From Candidatus Altimarinota bacterium (GTDB lineage Bacteria > Patescibacteriota > Gracilibacteria > JBDHUY01): 37,929 bases of DNA. Made by a program: the position numbers and the translations under genes. Positions 1 through 7,619 of the stretch are shown here, one piece after another. How positions within the stretch are numbered: the stretch's first letter is position 1; the number at the start of each line of letters is the position of its first letter. The stretch is taken from assembly GCA_039809385.1 (NCBI GenBank), contig JBDHUY010000016.1, positions 1 to 37,929 of the forward strand, written 5' to 3'. The notes beneath the pieces were generated by a model that was given only the letters and a program-made list of their open reading frames with translations, was not told where the DNA came from and made no database searches.

Positions 1-121
1 GTATTGGCTTCCAATAATCACGAAAAGCAATCGCTTTAATTTTATATCGATAATATTCAACAAAGCTTCCAATTTTTATTGCCATAGAAAACATTATATA
101 AAAAATCAATTGTAAACTCGG
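1..121. repeat. Terminal direct repeat, copy 1 (identical to 37693-37813); circularisation overlap
   Basis: Direct comparison: GTATTGGCTTCC...TGTAAACTCGG is identical at both ends, and the first mismatch is at 122 vs 37814. Confidence 0.95.
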
Positions 122-380
122 GCTGGCCGGAGAGGTCTTTATCAAGCTGCCAATTCGCATCACGCAGCAGTGCTTCGATCACGGTTATTGGCTTGTAAGT
201 TGGATGCCATTCCCACAGACCGATATGTTTATCCAACGCCCGCAGCACGTGTTCAATGCGGGGGTCTTGTGGCATGCCTCCACCAACCTCGCAATAACTG
301 CAAAAAATTGCTTTTTTCAATTGCGGACACGCATCAACGATCTTCTGCCGCACAGCGGCGAGTTTTTCGGAGTGGGTCAT
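57..380 (-). CDS. Hypothetical phage protein with CxxC motif
   Basis: 107-aa ORF in the leftward early operon. The diverged copy at the window end keeps the frame with many synonymous changes, which supports coding status. Confidence 0.75.
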   Translation of the reverse strand: MTHSEKLAAVRQKIVDACPQLKKAIFCSYCEVGGGMPQDPRIEHVLRALDKHIGLWEWHPTYKPITVIEALLRDANWQLDKDLSGQPEFTIDFLYNVFYGNKNWKLC

Positions 381-396
381 ATATATTTTAAACGAA

Positions 397-582
397 TTAA
401 AACATCATCCGACGTATGTCCGTCATAATCAAGAGCTGCCCAGCACACATCGGACAAGTAATCAAACGTCGGTACGCATTATATTCGCGCTGATTGTAAG
501 CCTTCCCTTCCCCTCGACACCTCGGACACATAATTATATTCTGAAAAGAAACTCTACGCTGATTCTCTAGTACTGCCGGCAT
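397..582 (-). CDS. Small DnaJ-type zinc-finger protein
   Basis: CPRCRGEG...CPMCAG, i.e. CxxCxGxG-type motifs. Confidence 0.6.
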   Translation of the reverse strand: MPAVLENQRRVSFQNIIMCPRCRGEGKAYNQREYNAYRRLITCPMCAGQLLIMTDIRRMMF

Positions 583-636
583 AATCCTCCTGTATTACGG
601 ATACGACATTTTCTTTTACTTTTTGTATCGGGGCAA

Positions 637-1188
637 TCACAAAAAAGCCTCTCCATATTCGTTTAAAAGGCCAATACGGGTGAGCTTATCCTCCTCGCTC
701 GCGGTAATTGGCAAAATCAGCCCAGCTTTATACAGAGAGAAATAAAATTCTTCTTTTCCAAAATGGAAAAAGCTTTTATAAAATTTTAATGATTCTGCAG
801 CAATATCTGCAAAAAGAAAGTACTCTCCATTCTGCGGCATCTTGATTTTCGCAATATGCCTCTCGAGATTGAGACTGGCAACAGCACGTTTTTCTGTACG
901 TTCAATGCGCCCTTGTTCTAAGAGCTTAACCTCCCAGTCGGCCCCAGACCACTCTATTTTTTCAACTTTACCAGTATAATACCAAACCTCATCCCCTTTC
1001 TGTGGCCACGTATCCTCTATAACTTCACTAATTTCTTTGTCATATTCCTTACTCTGCTTTAGTAGAAATTCAAGCAATATAAATATATTTTGCTCGAAAG
1101 TCGTGCCCGGAAAAGGACGCTGCCCCATCCAGGTGCGTAAATCAACTAAAATCTTTTTTGCTTCCTCACATGTTTTTATTGAAAGCAT
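637..1188 (-). CDS. Hypothetical phage protein
   Basis: 183-aa ORF, AT-rich leader, packed in operon; contains a phage-typical WPQKGDEVWY segment. Confidence 0.7.
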   Translation of the reverse strand: MLSIKTCEEAKKILVDLRTWMGQRPFPGTTFEQNIFILLEFLLKQSKEYDKEISEVIEDTWPQKGDEVWYYTGKVEKIEWSGADWEVKLLEQGRIERTEKRAVASLNLERHIAKIKMPQNGEYFLFADIAAESLKFYKSFFHFGKEEFYFSLYKAGLILPITASEEDKLTRIGLLNEYGEAFL

Positions 1189-1197
1189 AAATATACG

Positions 1198-1407
1198 TTA
1201 AGAAATAGAATCTTTGGATAAATTCAGCGAAGCCACCACGTCGGACATCGGAATAAACGCGTTACACTGCATACACATGAATCCATCGGGAGCCTTCTTT
1301 TTTTTCACCCCTCCGGCGAAGTACGCCAGATAGGGGCTGCTTTTACAAGTACACGGCAGTTCCTTCTTTATCTCCGGCATGCGCCAAGGTGCGATCGTTC
1401 TAGACAT
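1198..1407 (-). CDS. Small putative zinc-binding protein
   Basis: CTC...CMQC motifs; start overlaps the upstream stop. Confidence 0.6.
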   Translation of the reverse strand: MSRTIAPWRMPEIKKELPCTCKSSPYLAYFAGGVKKKKAPDGFMCMQCNAFIPMSDVVASLNLSKDSIS

Positions 1408-1837
1408 AGAGGTGAAAATTATGAATAAAGACCTTATACGCCTCTATATACACCAGGAGATCCTCAATATCTTTAGCTTTCTTGGACAGTACCGCACTCA
1501 CACACTCTCGCTCCATTGCTACCTTGGTTTGCTCGTCAGCGCTTTCGACTTTGTCAAAATGATCGTTGATTCTTTTATCCTCTTTAACCAGAAGCTCAAT
1601 CGATTCCTGATCCAGTTTCAACTGCATTTCAAAGGCATAAAGTTTTTGCTGAAAAACTTTTTTCATTTGCTTAAAAAATCCCGCCCGTGTCCAGGCCGTG
1701 GGAGCAAAATACGGTGGTGGGATTTTGACACACAACGTTGGAATCCGATTATACAAAGATCTCTTCACCTCTCCCGGATCTTCCGAAAAACTGTTATGAT
1801 CTACCGGCTCCGATTGAGCTATATTCTGCTGTTCCAT
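1400..1837 (-). CDS. Hypothetical helical/coiled-coil protein
   Basis: 145-aa ORF, heptad-like E/K/Q-rich C-terminal half, operon packing. Confidence 0.65.
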   Translation of the reverse strand: MEQQNIAQSEPVDHNSFSEDPGEVKRSLYNRIPTLCVKIPPPYFAPTAWTRAGFFKQMKKVFQQKLYAFEMQLKLDQESIELLVKEDKRINDHFDKVESADEQTKVAMERECVSAVLSKKAKDIEDLLVYIEAYKVFIHNFHLYV

Positions 1838-2105
1838 AAATGGGGGATGCTACGAAATTAAAATACAGATATCTTTTGGTTTTCAGTGTCGGACCAGTAT
1901 CGTTTTTTATTTTGTTTTCAAGCTTATCAATCAAAGTCCGGAGTTGCTCCTCGTTCAGGCTCCGCACGCCGACCCGGTCAAAAAGAATAATGATCAGTAT
2001 CCCCAGGTGCAGGGACTCTTGCTGCTCCGGGTATTCCTGTCGGCTGTAGTATTCGCTCCACAGGGACCAGGCCGTATTTTGAAGCTCTTTACGGTTTTGT
2101 TGCAT
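1794..2105 (-). CDS. Hypothetical protein
   Basis: 103-aa ORF overlapping both neighbours in the leftward operon. Confidence 0.55.
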   Translation of the reverse strand: MQQNRKELQNTAWSLWSEYYSRQEYPEQQESLHLGILIIILFDRVGVRSLNEEQLRTLIDKLENKIKNDTGPTLKTKRYLYFNFVASPIYGTAEYSSIGAGRS

Positions 2106-2283
2106 TGAAGATTAGTATCAGGAGAGTGAGAAGAAGCAACAAAGCGGCGGCACCGAGAAACATCCAAACGATCCGCTGAAGCAAAAGTTGATAGGCATAT
2201 TCCAGCTTGTCGCGGGTACCGATCTTCCGGAACCGGCCTCGTTTGCCGCGTAAAAACGGGATTTTAACCGTTTCGATATTCAT
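2089..2283 (-). CDS. Small membrane protein (basic N-terminus, one C-terminal TM helix)
   Basis: Likely ATG at 2283 (MNIETVK...), just after the upstream stop; hydrophobic IVWMFLGAAALLLLLTLLILIF. Confidence 0.6.
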   Translation of the reverse strand: MNIETVKIPFLRGKRGRFRKIGTRDKLEYAYQLLLQRIVWMFLGAAALLLLLTLLILIFNATKP

Positions 2284-2293
2284 GACAAAAACG

Positions 2294-2644
2294 TTAAACA
2301 AATAAACCTGCCGCGCCTTCTCGTTTGGCTCGATCAATCCACAAAGCTACTTGCTCGTCTTTCGGCGTATGACCTGTATTTTCGACAAACCGCTTGATCC
2401 GGTAGGAAATCATTTCGCGCAGCGCCGGGCTTACTTTGCGCAAAAAAACATCTTCCGGCTTGGCTTTTCGAATTTTTCGAATATCCCGGGTCAGAATATC
2501 TTCTTCGTCGATGCATATGATCGCCGCCTGGACGCGAATATGCCGAATTCTTTTACAGGTTTCGTAGTCGACGACATAGAAATCGCCGTTAACCATCTCG
2601 ATGACGTACATCTGCTCGTATTGTTTGAGCGTTGCTTGACTCAT
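2294..2644 (-). CDS. Hypothetical protein translationally coupled to the replication initiator
   Basis: ATGA overlap with the rep stop at 2641-2644; 116 aa. Confidence 0.7.
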   Translation of the reverse strand: MSQATLKQYEQMYVIEMVNGDFYVVDYETCKRIRHIRVQAAIICIDEEDILTRDIRKIRKAKPEDVFLRKVSPALREMISYRIKRFVENTGHTPKDEQVALWIDRAKREGAAGLFV

Positions 2645-3459
2645 ACGGTAGTAAATTTATAAATAATAGTTTGAGAAAAATTAGTTTTTGCCTTGATTTT
2701 GAGCTGGTCGTACTGTTCCCGAAACTTCGCGGCCGACAGAATATTTGCTTTCCAGAACTTGTCGTTCTGGCACCAATTCAACAATACTTCCACATCACCG
2801 GGCGGACGGCCGTCGACCCGTAGTACCAGGTCGAACACTTCCGCCCATGCCTGCAGGCCTGCCTCCTGAATTTGGGGATCCTGCCATTTGGGCAGACAGT
2901 CGGGCGAGTTGTGACGCATGAGTTCAAAAAGCAACTGCGCCAGACGATACGGCTCCGACTCTTTTGCAAAAATTTTAAAAACTTTTTTCGGTCTTCTCCT
3001 CCCCCTGGGGGGATTATAGGGGGGTGCACCCCTGTTTAGTTCTTTACTGGTATAGTTCAGGTCGCTCTGTGCACCTACCCCCCCGTCGTCGTCGGCACCT
3101 ACGTTGTTGCTCTCTGCACCTAGGTAGTCGTTTTCGGCATCTACCTTGGCGGATGAATTCGATTGTACGCGAGGATCTTTATAGACGGTATATTTGGTAT
3201 TATCGTACTCTTGGGATCCTTCAACGAGTTTCTTCTGTCGCGAAATGAGGCCGTCCTTTTCGATCTCTTCGAGGTAGCGCAATACGGTCGTGCGATGGAC
3301 CCCCGTCTCTTCGGCGATCGTATTGAGCGAAGGGTAACACTGACCTTCGTTGTTCGAGTGGACCCACAGCCACGCCACGATCGTCTGATATATGGGGTTT
3401 TTACCCCGGACCAGCTGCGCCGGGAATATGCCGAATGTTCCTTGTTCGAGACGTTTCAT
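2641..3459 (-). CDS. Phage replication initiator (N-terminal HTH_36-like winged helix, lambda-O/DnaD-like C-terminus)
   Basis: CYPSLNTIAEETGVHRTTVLRYLEEIEKDGLI HTH; C-terminal DKFWKANILSAAKFREQYDQL motif typical of phage replisome organisers; internal DNA repeats. Confidence 0.85.
   Translation of the reverse strand: MKRLEQGTFGIFPAQLVRGKNPIYQTIVAWLWVHSNNEGQCYPSLNTIAEETGVHRTTVLRYLEEIEKDGLISRQKKLVEGSQEYDNTKYTVYKDPRVQSNSSAKVDAENDYLGAESNNVGADDDGGVGAQSDLNYTSKELNRGAPPYNPPRGRRRPKKVFKIFAKESEPYRLAQLLFELMRHNSPDCLPKWQDPQIQEAGLQAWAEVFDLVLRVDGRPPGDVEVLLNWCQNDKFWKANILSAAKFREQYDQLKIKAKTNFSQTIIYKFTTV
3061..3143. repeat. Iteron-like repeats inside rep (probable lytic origin)
   Basis: GCACCTA at 3071, 3095 and 3116 and GCATCTA at 3137 (spacing 24, 21, 21), with conserved flanks (GTCG/GTTG-N-TCT/TCG). 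Confidence 0.7.
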
Positions 3460-3469
3460 GTCCGGATAG

Positions 3470-3592
3470 TTAAAAAAGACTGAGTTGTTTTTTGCGATCG
3501 ATCTTGCGGCGCTTTGGTGCTAATTTTAGCTTTCTTATGCGTTTTCTTGGGGGGGGTGGAAAGAAAGACATTTGACCCGGGAGTTGTTTCAT
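3470..3592 (-). CDS. 40-aa basic peptide with two beta-clamp-binding-like motifs (not in ORF track)
   Basis: Manual translation MKQLPGQMSFFPPPPRKRIRKLKLAPKRRKIDRKKQLSLF*; fills the ssb-rep gap. Confidence 0.7.
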   Translation of the reverse strand: MKQLPGQMSFFPPPPRKRIRKLKLAPKRRKIDRKKQLSLF

Positions 3593-3605
3593 AGATCTTT
3601 AGTGC

Positions 3606-4001
3606 TTAAAAGAGATCCGTTTCCTCCGTTTCGCCCTGCCTGGTATTACGGCTCCCCTCTTCTGTCTGGGGTTTGCGGTCAAGCAAGATAACCCTTTCGG
3701 CGACGATCTTGATCCGGTAATGCTTGACGTCATGGTCGTCCGTCCAGTTGTCGACCTTGAGCTTGCCCTCGACATAAAGCGCGCTCCCCTTCCGGGCGTA
3801 TTGACTGACCACCTTGGCGAGTCCTCCCCACGCGACGACATTATGGAAGTCGGTCTCTTCGCGTTCCTCTCCCGCTCGGTTCTTATATCTCTCGTTTGTC
3901 GCAATCGAAAAGTTGGATACTATCTGGCCGCTTTCAAGCTCTTTCCCCTCCGGGTCGCGTGTCAGACGACCGAGGATCTGAACTCTGTTGAGTGTCTGCA
4001 T
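3606..4001 (-). CDS. ssb: Single-stranded DNA-binding protein
   Basis: LNRVQILGRLTRDPE...FSIATNE...TDFHNVVAW...KGSALYVEGKL OB-fold signature; acidic tail ending ETDLF. Confidence 0.95.
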   Translation of the reverse strand: MQTLNRVQILGRLTRDPEGKELESGQIVSNFSIATNERYKNRAGEEREETDFHNVVAWGGLAKVVSQYARKGSALYVEGKLKVDNWTDDHDVKHYRIKIVAERVILLDRKPQTEEGSRNTRQGETEETDLF

Positions 4002-4019
4002 TGGTTAAAAAATAATGAT

Positions 4020-4664
4020 TTAAAATAACAATTCTTGGCGTAGTCCTTCCCGGGCTATATCGCAGTACTTCTCTTCCAATTCGATTCCGATAAACTTCCT
4101 GCCTAGATACTTAGCTGCTATAAGCGTTGTGCCCACGCCCGCAAATGGATCCAGCACCATCTCTCCGGGATTAGAAAAGTACTTTACTAAGCCTAAGACA
4201 TGATCGATACGCCGGGGAGTGGGGTGTTTTCGTCTTTTCCGAGTAATGGGACCGTTATAACCGTTCGAGATAATTTCGCCCGGAATGAGTTTGTTTTCTT
4301 GTCTTTGCGGCAACCGGCCGAATACATAGGCGACATCGGACCCGATGAGGATCCTGCCCCGGTAAGAGGGGAAACAGTAGCGTAGCCACATGGTTCGAAT
4401 ATAGGGGAGACTCTTGGGAATTGAACCCAAGAACCGCGGATCGCTGGTACATCCCAACTGGACCACCACTGTCCGCGCGATTCTTGCAAATTCTTTGGCT
4501 GCTTTACGGAATACCTCCCAGGGATTCTTCGATCCTCGCAAACTCGGCAGAGCATTCGGCCAGACCGGGTCGGTGATGATCGTGTCGACAGATTGATCGG
4601 GGAAAGTTTTTAAAATCTTGAGGCTGTCGCCACAAATAATCTGATTGAGTTGCGTAAAAATCAT
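4020..4664 (-). CDS. DNA methyltransferase, N6-A/N4-C (beta class), orphan
   Basis: IICGDS...IITDPVW catalytic motif variant, HPTPRR, VLDPFAGVGTT SAM-binding motif, FIGIEL. Confidence 0.9.
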   Translation of the reverse strand: MIFTQLNQIICGDSLKILKTFPDQSVDTIITDPVWPNALPSLRGSKNPWEVFRKAAKEFARIARTVVVQLGCTSDPRFLGSIPKSLPYIRTMWLRYCFPSYRGRILIGSDVAYVFGRLPQRQENKLIPGEIISNGYNGPITRKRRKHPTPRRIDHVLGLVKYFSNPGEMVLDPFAGVGTTLIAAKYLGRKFIGIELEEKYCDIAREGLRQELLF

Positions 4665-4819
4665 GACAGAAATATTGCATTGATATCAGACACATGGTTA
4701 TTCCGGATCGGGCGCACGTCGAAAAGCCCGGCGGATTGTTTGTTGCGTTGCCGGTCACGGGCGGCCGCTTCGGCGCGCTCACGCAGAACATCGATCGTCA
4801 AACGAGTGGATGGTTGCAT
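4661..4819 (-). CDS. Small hypothetical protein, 52 aa (not in ORF track)
   Basis: MQPSTRLTIDVLRERAEAAARDRQRNKQSAGLFDVRPIRNNHVSDINAIFLS*; T-rich leader and ATGA overlap with the MTase start. Confidence 0.6.
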   Translation of the reverse strand: MQPSTRLTIDVLRERAEAAARDRQRNKQSAGLFDVRPIRNNHVSDINAIFLS

Positions 4820-4868
4820 AAAAAATACGTGGAAAATAAAAATAAAAAAGATACTAGTGTAGTTACTG

Positions 4869-5021
4869 TTATTCTCTATCCTTCTCTTGGGCCTTGGCGG
4901 TGTTGTACTCTTGTTTGAGTCGTTCTACCAATTGCTCATGTGAGGAGATTTTTACTTTGAGTGAGACAATCTGAGACTGATGATGACGGATACTCTTTTG
5001 GATAACTTTGGAGGAAATCAT
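4869..5021 (-). CDS. Small coiled-coil protein, 50 aa (not in ORF track)
   Basis: MISSKVIQKSIRHHQSQIVSLKVKISSHEQLVERLKQEYNTAKAQEKDRE*; heptad pattern; starts 12 nt after the upstream stop. Confidence 0.6.
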   Translation of the reverse strand: MISSKVIQKSIRHHQSQIVSLKVKISSHEQLVERLKQEYNTAKAQEKDRE

Positions 5022-5033
5022 GATAACGAGGAT

Positions 5034-5306
5034 TTAAGCAGATGTGAGGACCCCGCGGCGCCGGACGCCCGGCTTTCCCCGGACCAAGGGATTGGACACT
5101 TTGCAAAAGACCGTGGGCGGGTGCGGGTGGTTTTCGGCACACAAGTGAATCTTCAGGATGGCCGGGAGATCGATCTTGTTTTTGGCCAAGTATTCGTTCC
5201 ATAGTTTCTCACCGCCGCCGCTGACCATAAACTCGGCGATGAAGCGGGAGAAGACAATGCGCGATTGCTGGAACATGTATTCGGTGTACTGTTGAGGTTT
5301 ATCCAT
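5034..5306 (-). CDS. First gene of the leftward early operon, hypothetical
   Basis: Likely start MDKPQQY at 5306 after a pyrimidine-rich leader, directly downstream of the structured RNA leader. Confidence 0.55.
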   Translation of the reverse strand: MDKPQQYTEYMFQQSRIVFSRFIAEFMVSGGGEKLWNEYLAKNKIDLPAILKIHLCAENHPHPPTVFCKVSNPLVRGKPGVRRRGVLTSA

Positions 5307-5358
5307 GGAAAAAATGAAAATGGATAAAAAAACACACGTGTCGGTCACGAGAGCATAC

Positions 5359-5502
5359 AAAAAAGGCTCTCACGGGTGCTATTGCTTAGATAACTATCCC
5401 ATCCTTGGTTTTTATGCCATGGAAAAGATTCCGTGAGGGCCTGCAATATGTTACAGGATTTTTCCATAAAAACCAAATAAATGATAGAATAGTATCTAAG
5501 CA
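5359..5502 (-). ncRNA. Structured leader RNA, element E3 (C4/CI-like A-a-B-a'-A'-B' architecture)
   Basis: A 5483-5502 pairs with A' 5383-5403 (20 bp, 2 G-U, 1 bulge); a 5465-5476 with a' 5405-5416 (12 bp perfect); B 5431-5442 with B' 5364-5375 (11/12), followed by a U-run. Confidence 0.65.
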
Positions 5503-5507
5503 CATAG

Positions 5508-5536
5508 ACAATACGCTCTTTTAATACTATAATCAA
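5508..5536 (-). promoter_or_regulatory. Sigma70-type promoter for E3 and the early operon
   Basis: TTGATT-17 nt-TATTGT; arm A begins ~6 nt downstream. Confidence 0.6.
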
Positions 5537-5584
5537 GTTTTTTGTACTGAAATCTACTTTTTACTTTAATTATTAAAGTTTTTT

Positions 5585-5773
5585 ATGCAAGACAAAAACA
5601 AAACGGACAAATCAGACGTGAAACAAATACAGGTTTCCGTTCACAAAGAACTCTACGACCATATCCAGGAAACCAAAAAGAAGTACCTCTTCTCATCCAT
5701 GGCGGACGTACTGAAGGAGGCTTACAGAAGGACGTTTCTGAAAGAAGAGGAGAAAAACGATAAAAAAAGTTAG
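5585..5773 (+). CDS. Ribbon-helix-helix (CopG/Arc-like) transcriptional regulator
   Basis: KQIQVSVHKELYDHIQE...SSMADVLKEAYR matches the RHH beta-strand/helix/helix pattern; divergent from the early promoter. Confidence 0.75.
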   Translation: MQDKNKTDKSDVKQIQVSVHKELYDHIQETKKKYLFSSMADVLKEAYRRTFLKEEEKNDKKS

Positions 5774-5829
5774 ATTCTTATAAGAAAAAGTCTATATAAT
5801 AAGCCAATGTTATTTGCTTAATATTCAAT

Positions 5830-6861
5830 ATGAGAAAACTTTTTTTAGCAGTATCATTTCTGCTAATACCCTTATTAACTGGATGTTCGTCAGATTGGAT
5901 ATTAAAATTGGTTTCAGAAGAACAAAAACCGGCGACAACTATCGAAACTTACGATTCAATCAAATCAGGCATTAATGCTGAAAAAGCTACAACAGAATTA
6001 AAAGATGCAATAAACATTAAACTTCCCCAAAAAAATCGAACAGAAATACAAAAGGGGGACAGCTTCTTATGGATTACAAAAGACGGTCTTTCTGTAAAAG
6101 CCCAAAATACATTCTTGTTGACATACAAGATATATCTAGGAGATCAGGGGGTTTCGGGTGAGCTAGTTGAGGTGGTTAAGCAACCACAAAATCAAATTAT
6201 TATGGGAGAATTCTTGGAAGTAATGAAGAAGCTCAAATTCAATAAAAATGTCAAAAATAGTTCTGCAAATCCATCGGACGACAAATTCTATAGTTACATT
6301 AAAGCATATGAGAACGACAAAACTGTTTGTTTAATTGAGATAAGACCCGACTATTTCAGTGATAGTGAAGACAGCAAATCTCGATATCAGACAGAAATTA
6401 AATGTATTAGTAAAGAGAACCTAGAACAAGCCTACAATGAGCAGGCCCCGATTCTACGTGACCTAGGATTGACAAATGGGGAGAGTTTTATAACCATAGT
6501 GAGACAGTATGGAGACTTCATAAACTTAAATGTAAATTTTAGAGTAACAGGTTACTTTACTCTGGCCAAAAAAGAGAATGGGCACTACAAAGGTATTTTC
6601 AGCGGACAAGATAGTCCAGAATGTTCTGTACTTAGAGACAATAATGTACCCGCGGAATTCTATAATGATTGCTACGAACCAGAAAATGAACAGAAAATTA
6701 CAACACCGAGCTTTTCTAACCAGCCGTACTATATAGATGATCCTTATTATAATTGCAATATACGCCAAGGGTGTTGCTCCCATCATGGCGGAGTATCTTA
6801 CTGTGATCACAGCTTAGGAAGAGCGGTATGCAATGACGGAACTTACAGCCCCAGTTGCTAA
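5830..6861 (+). CDS. Lipoprotein with C-terminal Cys-rich RQGCCSHHGGV domain (accessory/moron)
   Basis: Signal peptide with lipobox LLTGC; C-terminal CCSHHGGV...CNDGTYSPSC motif; low GC. Confidence 0.8.
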   Translation: MRKLFLAVSFLLIPLLTGCSSDWILKLVSEEQKPATTIETYDSIKSGINAEKATTELKDAINIKLPQKNRTEIQKGDSFLWITKDGLSVKAQNTFLLTYKIYLGDQGVSGELVEVVKQPQNQIIMGEFLEVMKKLKFNKNVKNSSANPSDDKFYSYIKAYENDKTVCLIEIRPDYFSDSEDSKSRYQTEIKCISKENLEQAYNEQAPILRDLGLTNGESFITIVRQYGDFINLNVNFRVTGYFTLAKKENGHYKGIFSGQDSPECSVLRDNNVPAEFYNDCYEPENEQKITTPSFSNQPYYIDDPYYNCNIRQGCCSHHGGVSYCDHSLGRAVCNDGTYSPSC

Positions 6862-6871
6862 AGAATCAAGT

Positions 6872-7174
6872 ATGAAAAAACTACAAACCGTCTTTCTATT
6901 TTTGGCGATCTTGATTACCTTTGGCTGTCAAAAGAGTGAGCCACCAGTTGATACTGTGACTCCCAAACTAGAATCTATGGCCCAGGATATAAAAGTTTTG
7001 AATATAAAAGTAAAAGCAATCGGTGAGGAGGTTTCAGAGCATATTAATGAGATTGACGCACTAGAAAGTGATAGCGAGAGCCTGGAATCGAAAATAAGCG
7101 ACCTTGAATACCAAGTATCTGATATTGAAGATCAAGTAAGTAAACTGCAAAAAAATATTTTATACGGATATTGA
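6872..7174 (+). CDS. Small coiled-coil lipoprotein (accessory)
   Basis: Likely start MKKLQTVF at 6872; lipobox ITFGC; long acidic heptad repeat. Confidence 0.75.
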   Translation: MKKLQTVFLFLAILITFGCQKSEPPVDTVTPKLESMAQDIKVLNIKVKAIGEEVSEHINEIDALESDSESLESKISDLEYQVSDIEDQVSKLQKNILYGY

Positions 7175-7266
7175 TCAAAAAAACTTATCCCCTTTTTATT
7201 GATTTCGCTCAGGCTGGGGGTATACTCCCGGCAGCACGCTTTTTCATAATACAAGTGTGCTGTGGT

Positions 7267-7416
7267 GGGGGACGTGCCGGTTGTCACACCACGCTATCAT
7301 ATCAATGATCAGCGAAGACACGTCCTCCTCTTTCGGTAATCGGGACAAAAAATAAACCTCTTCCTTGTCTGAAGAGCTTTTTGATTGCGGACGGCCACTG
7401 ATAGAATGATGTGACA
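7267..7416 (-). ncRNA. Structured RNA element E1 (A-terminator-B-A'-B')
   Basis: A 7399-7416 pairs with A' 7282-7299 (17/18 with 2 G-U on the minus strand); B 7317-7328 with B' 7267-7278 (11/12), enclosing two hairpins. Confidence 0.6.
7347..7382. terminator. Probable bidirectional intrinsic terminator inside E1
   Basis: CTCTTC (7358-7363)/GAAGAG (7371-7376) stem with an A-tract on the left and a T-tract on the right. Confidence 0.55.
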
Positions 7417-7422
7417 GTTCCC

Positions 7423-7451
7423 AATCTAACAGGTGTTTTGTGCCAGTGCAA
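7423..7451 (-). promoter_or_regulatory. Sigma70-type promoter of E1
   Basis: TTGCAC-17 nt-TAGATT; arm A starts 7 nt downstream. Confidence 0.6.
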
Positions 7452-7491
7452 GCGCCAAAGATAAGAAATTTATAAACTTTTCGTACAAACT

Positions 7492-7613
7492 AATAAAGCG
7501 GGGCTACCAGCCTGGCAGCCCATACGGACAGCTTACGCCAATCCACATGGCAGGACATGATAGCCCCACTCTATTTGTGGATCGGATATTTTGAAAACTA
7601 CCGTATGAGCTGC
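7492..7613 (-). ncRNA. Structured RNA element E2 (A-a-B-a'-A'-B')
   Basis: A 7601-7613 pairs with A' 7515-7527 (13 bp, 1 G-U); a 7576-7585 with a' 7538-7547 (10 bp, 1 G-U); B 7558-7575 with B' 7492-7509 (18 bp, 3 G-U). All apparent mismatches are G-U only on the minus strand. Confidence 0.7.
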
Positions 7614-7619
7614 ATGATC

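Noticed and set aside
3549-3556. G8 homopolymer as a phase-variation or frameshift site into rep
   Set aside because: As assembled, the frame gives a complete peptide ending in QLSLF, so no shift is needed; read-level length variation would be required to revive the idea.
7492-7613. HDV-like (theta) ribozyme or known riboswitch aptamer
   Set aside because: Pseudoknot-like order is present, but I could not identify the HDV P1.1/P3 core or aptamer consensus nucleotides; not excluded without an Rfam search.
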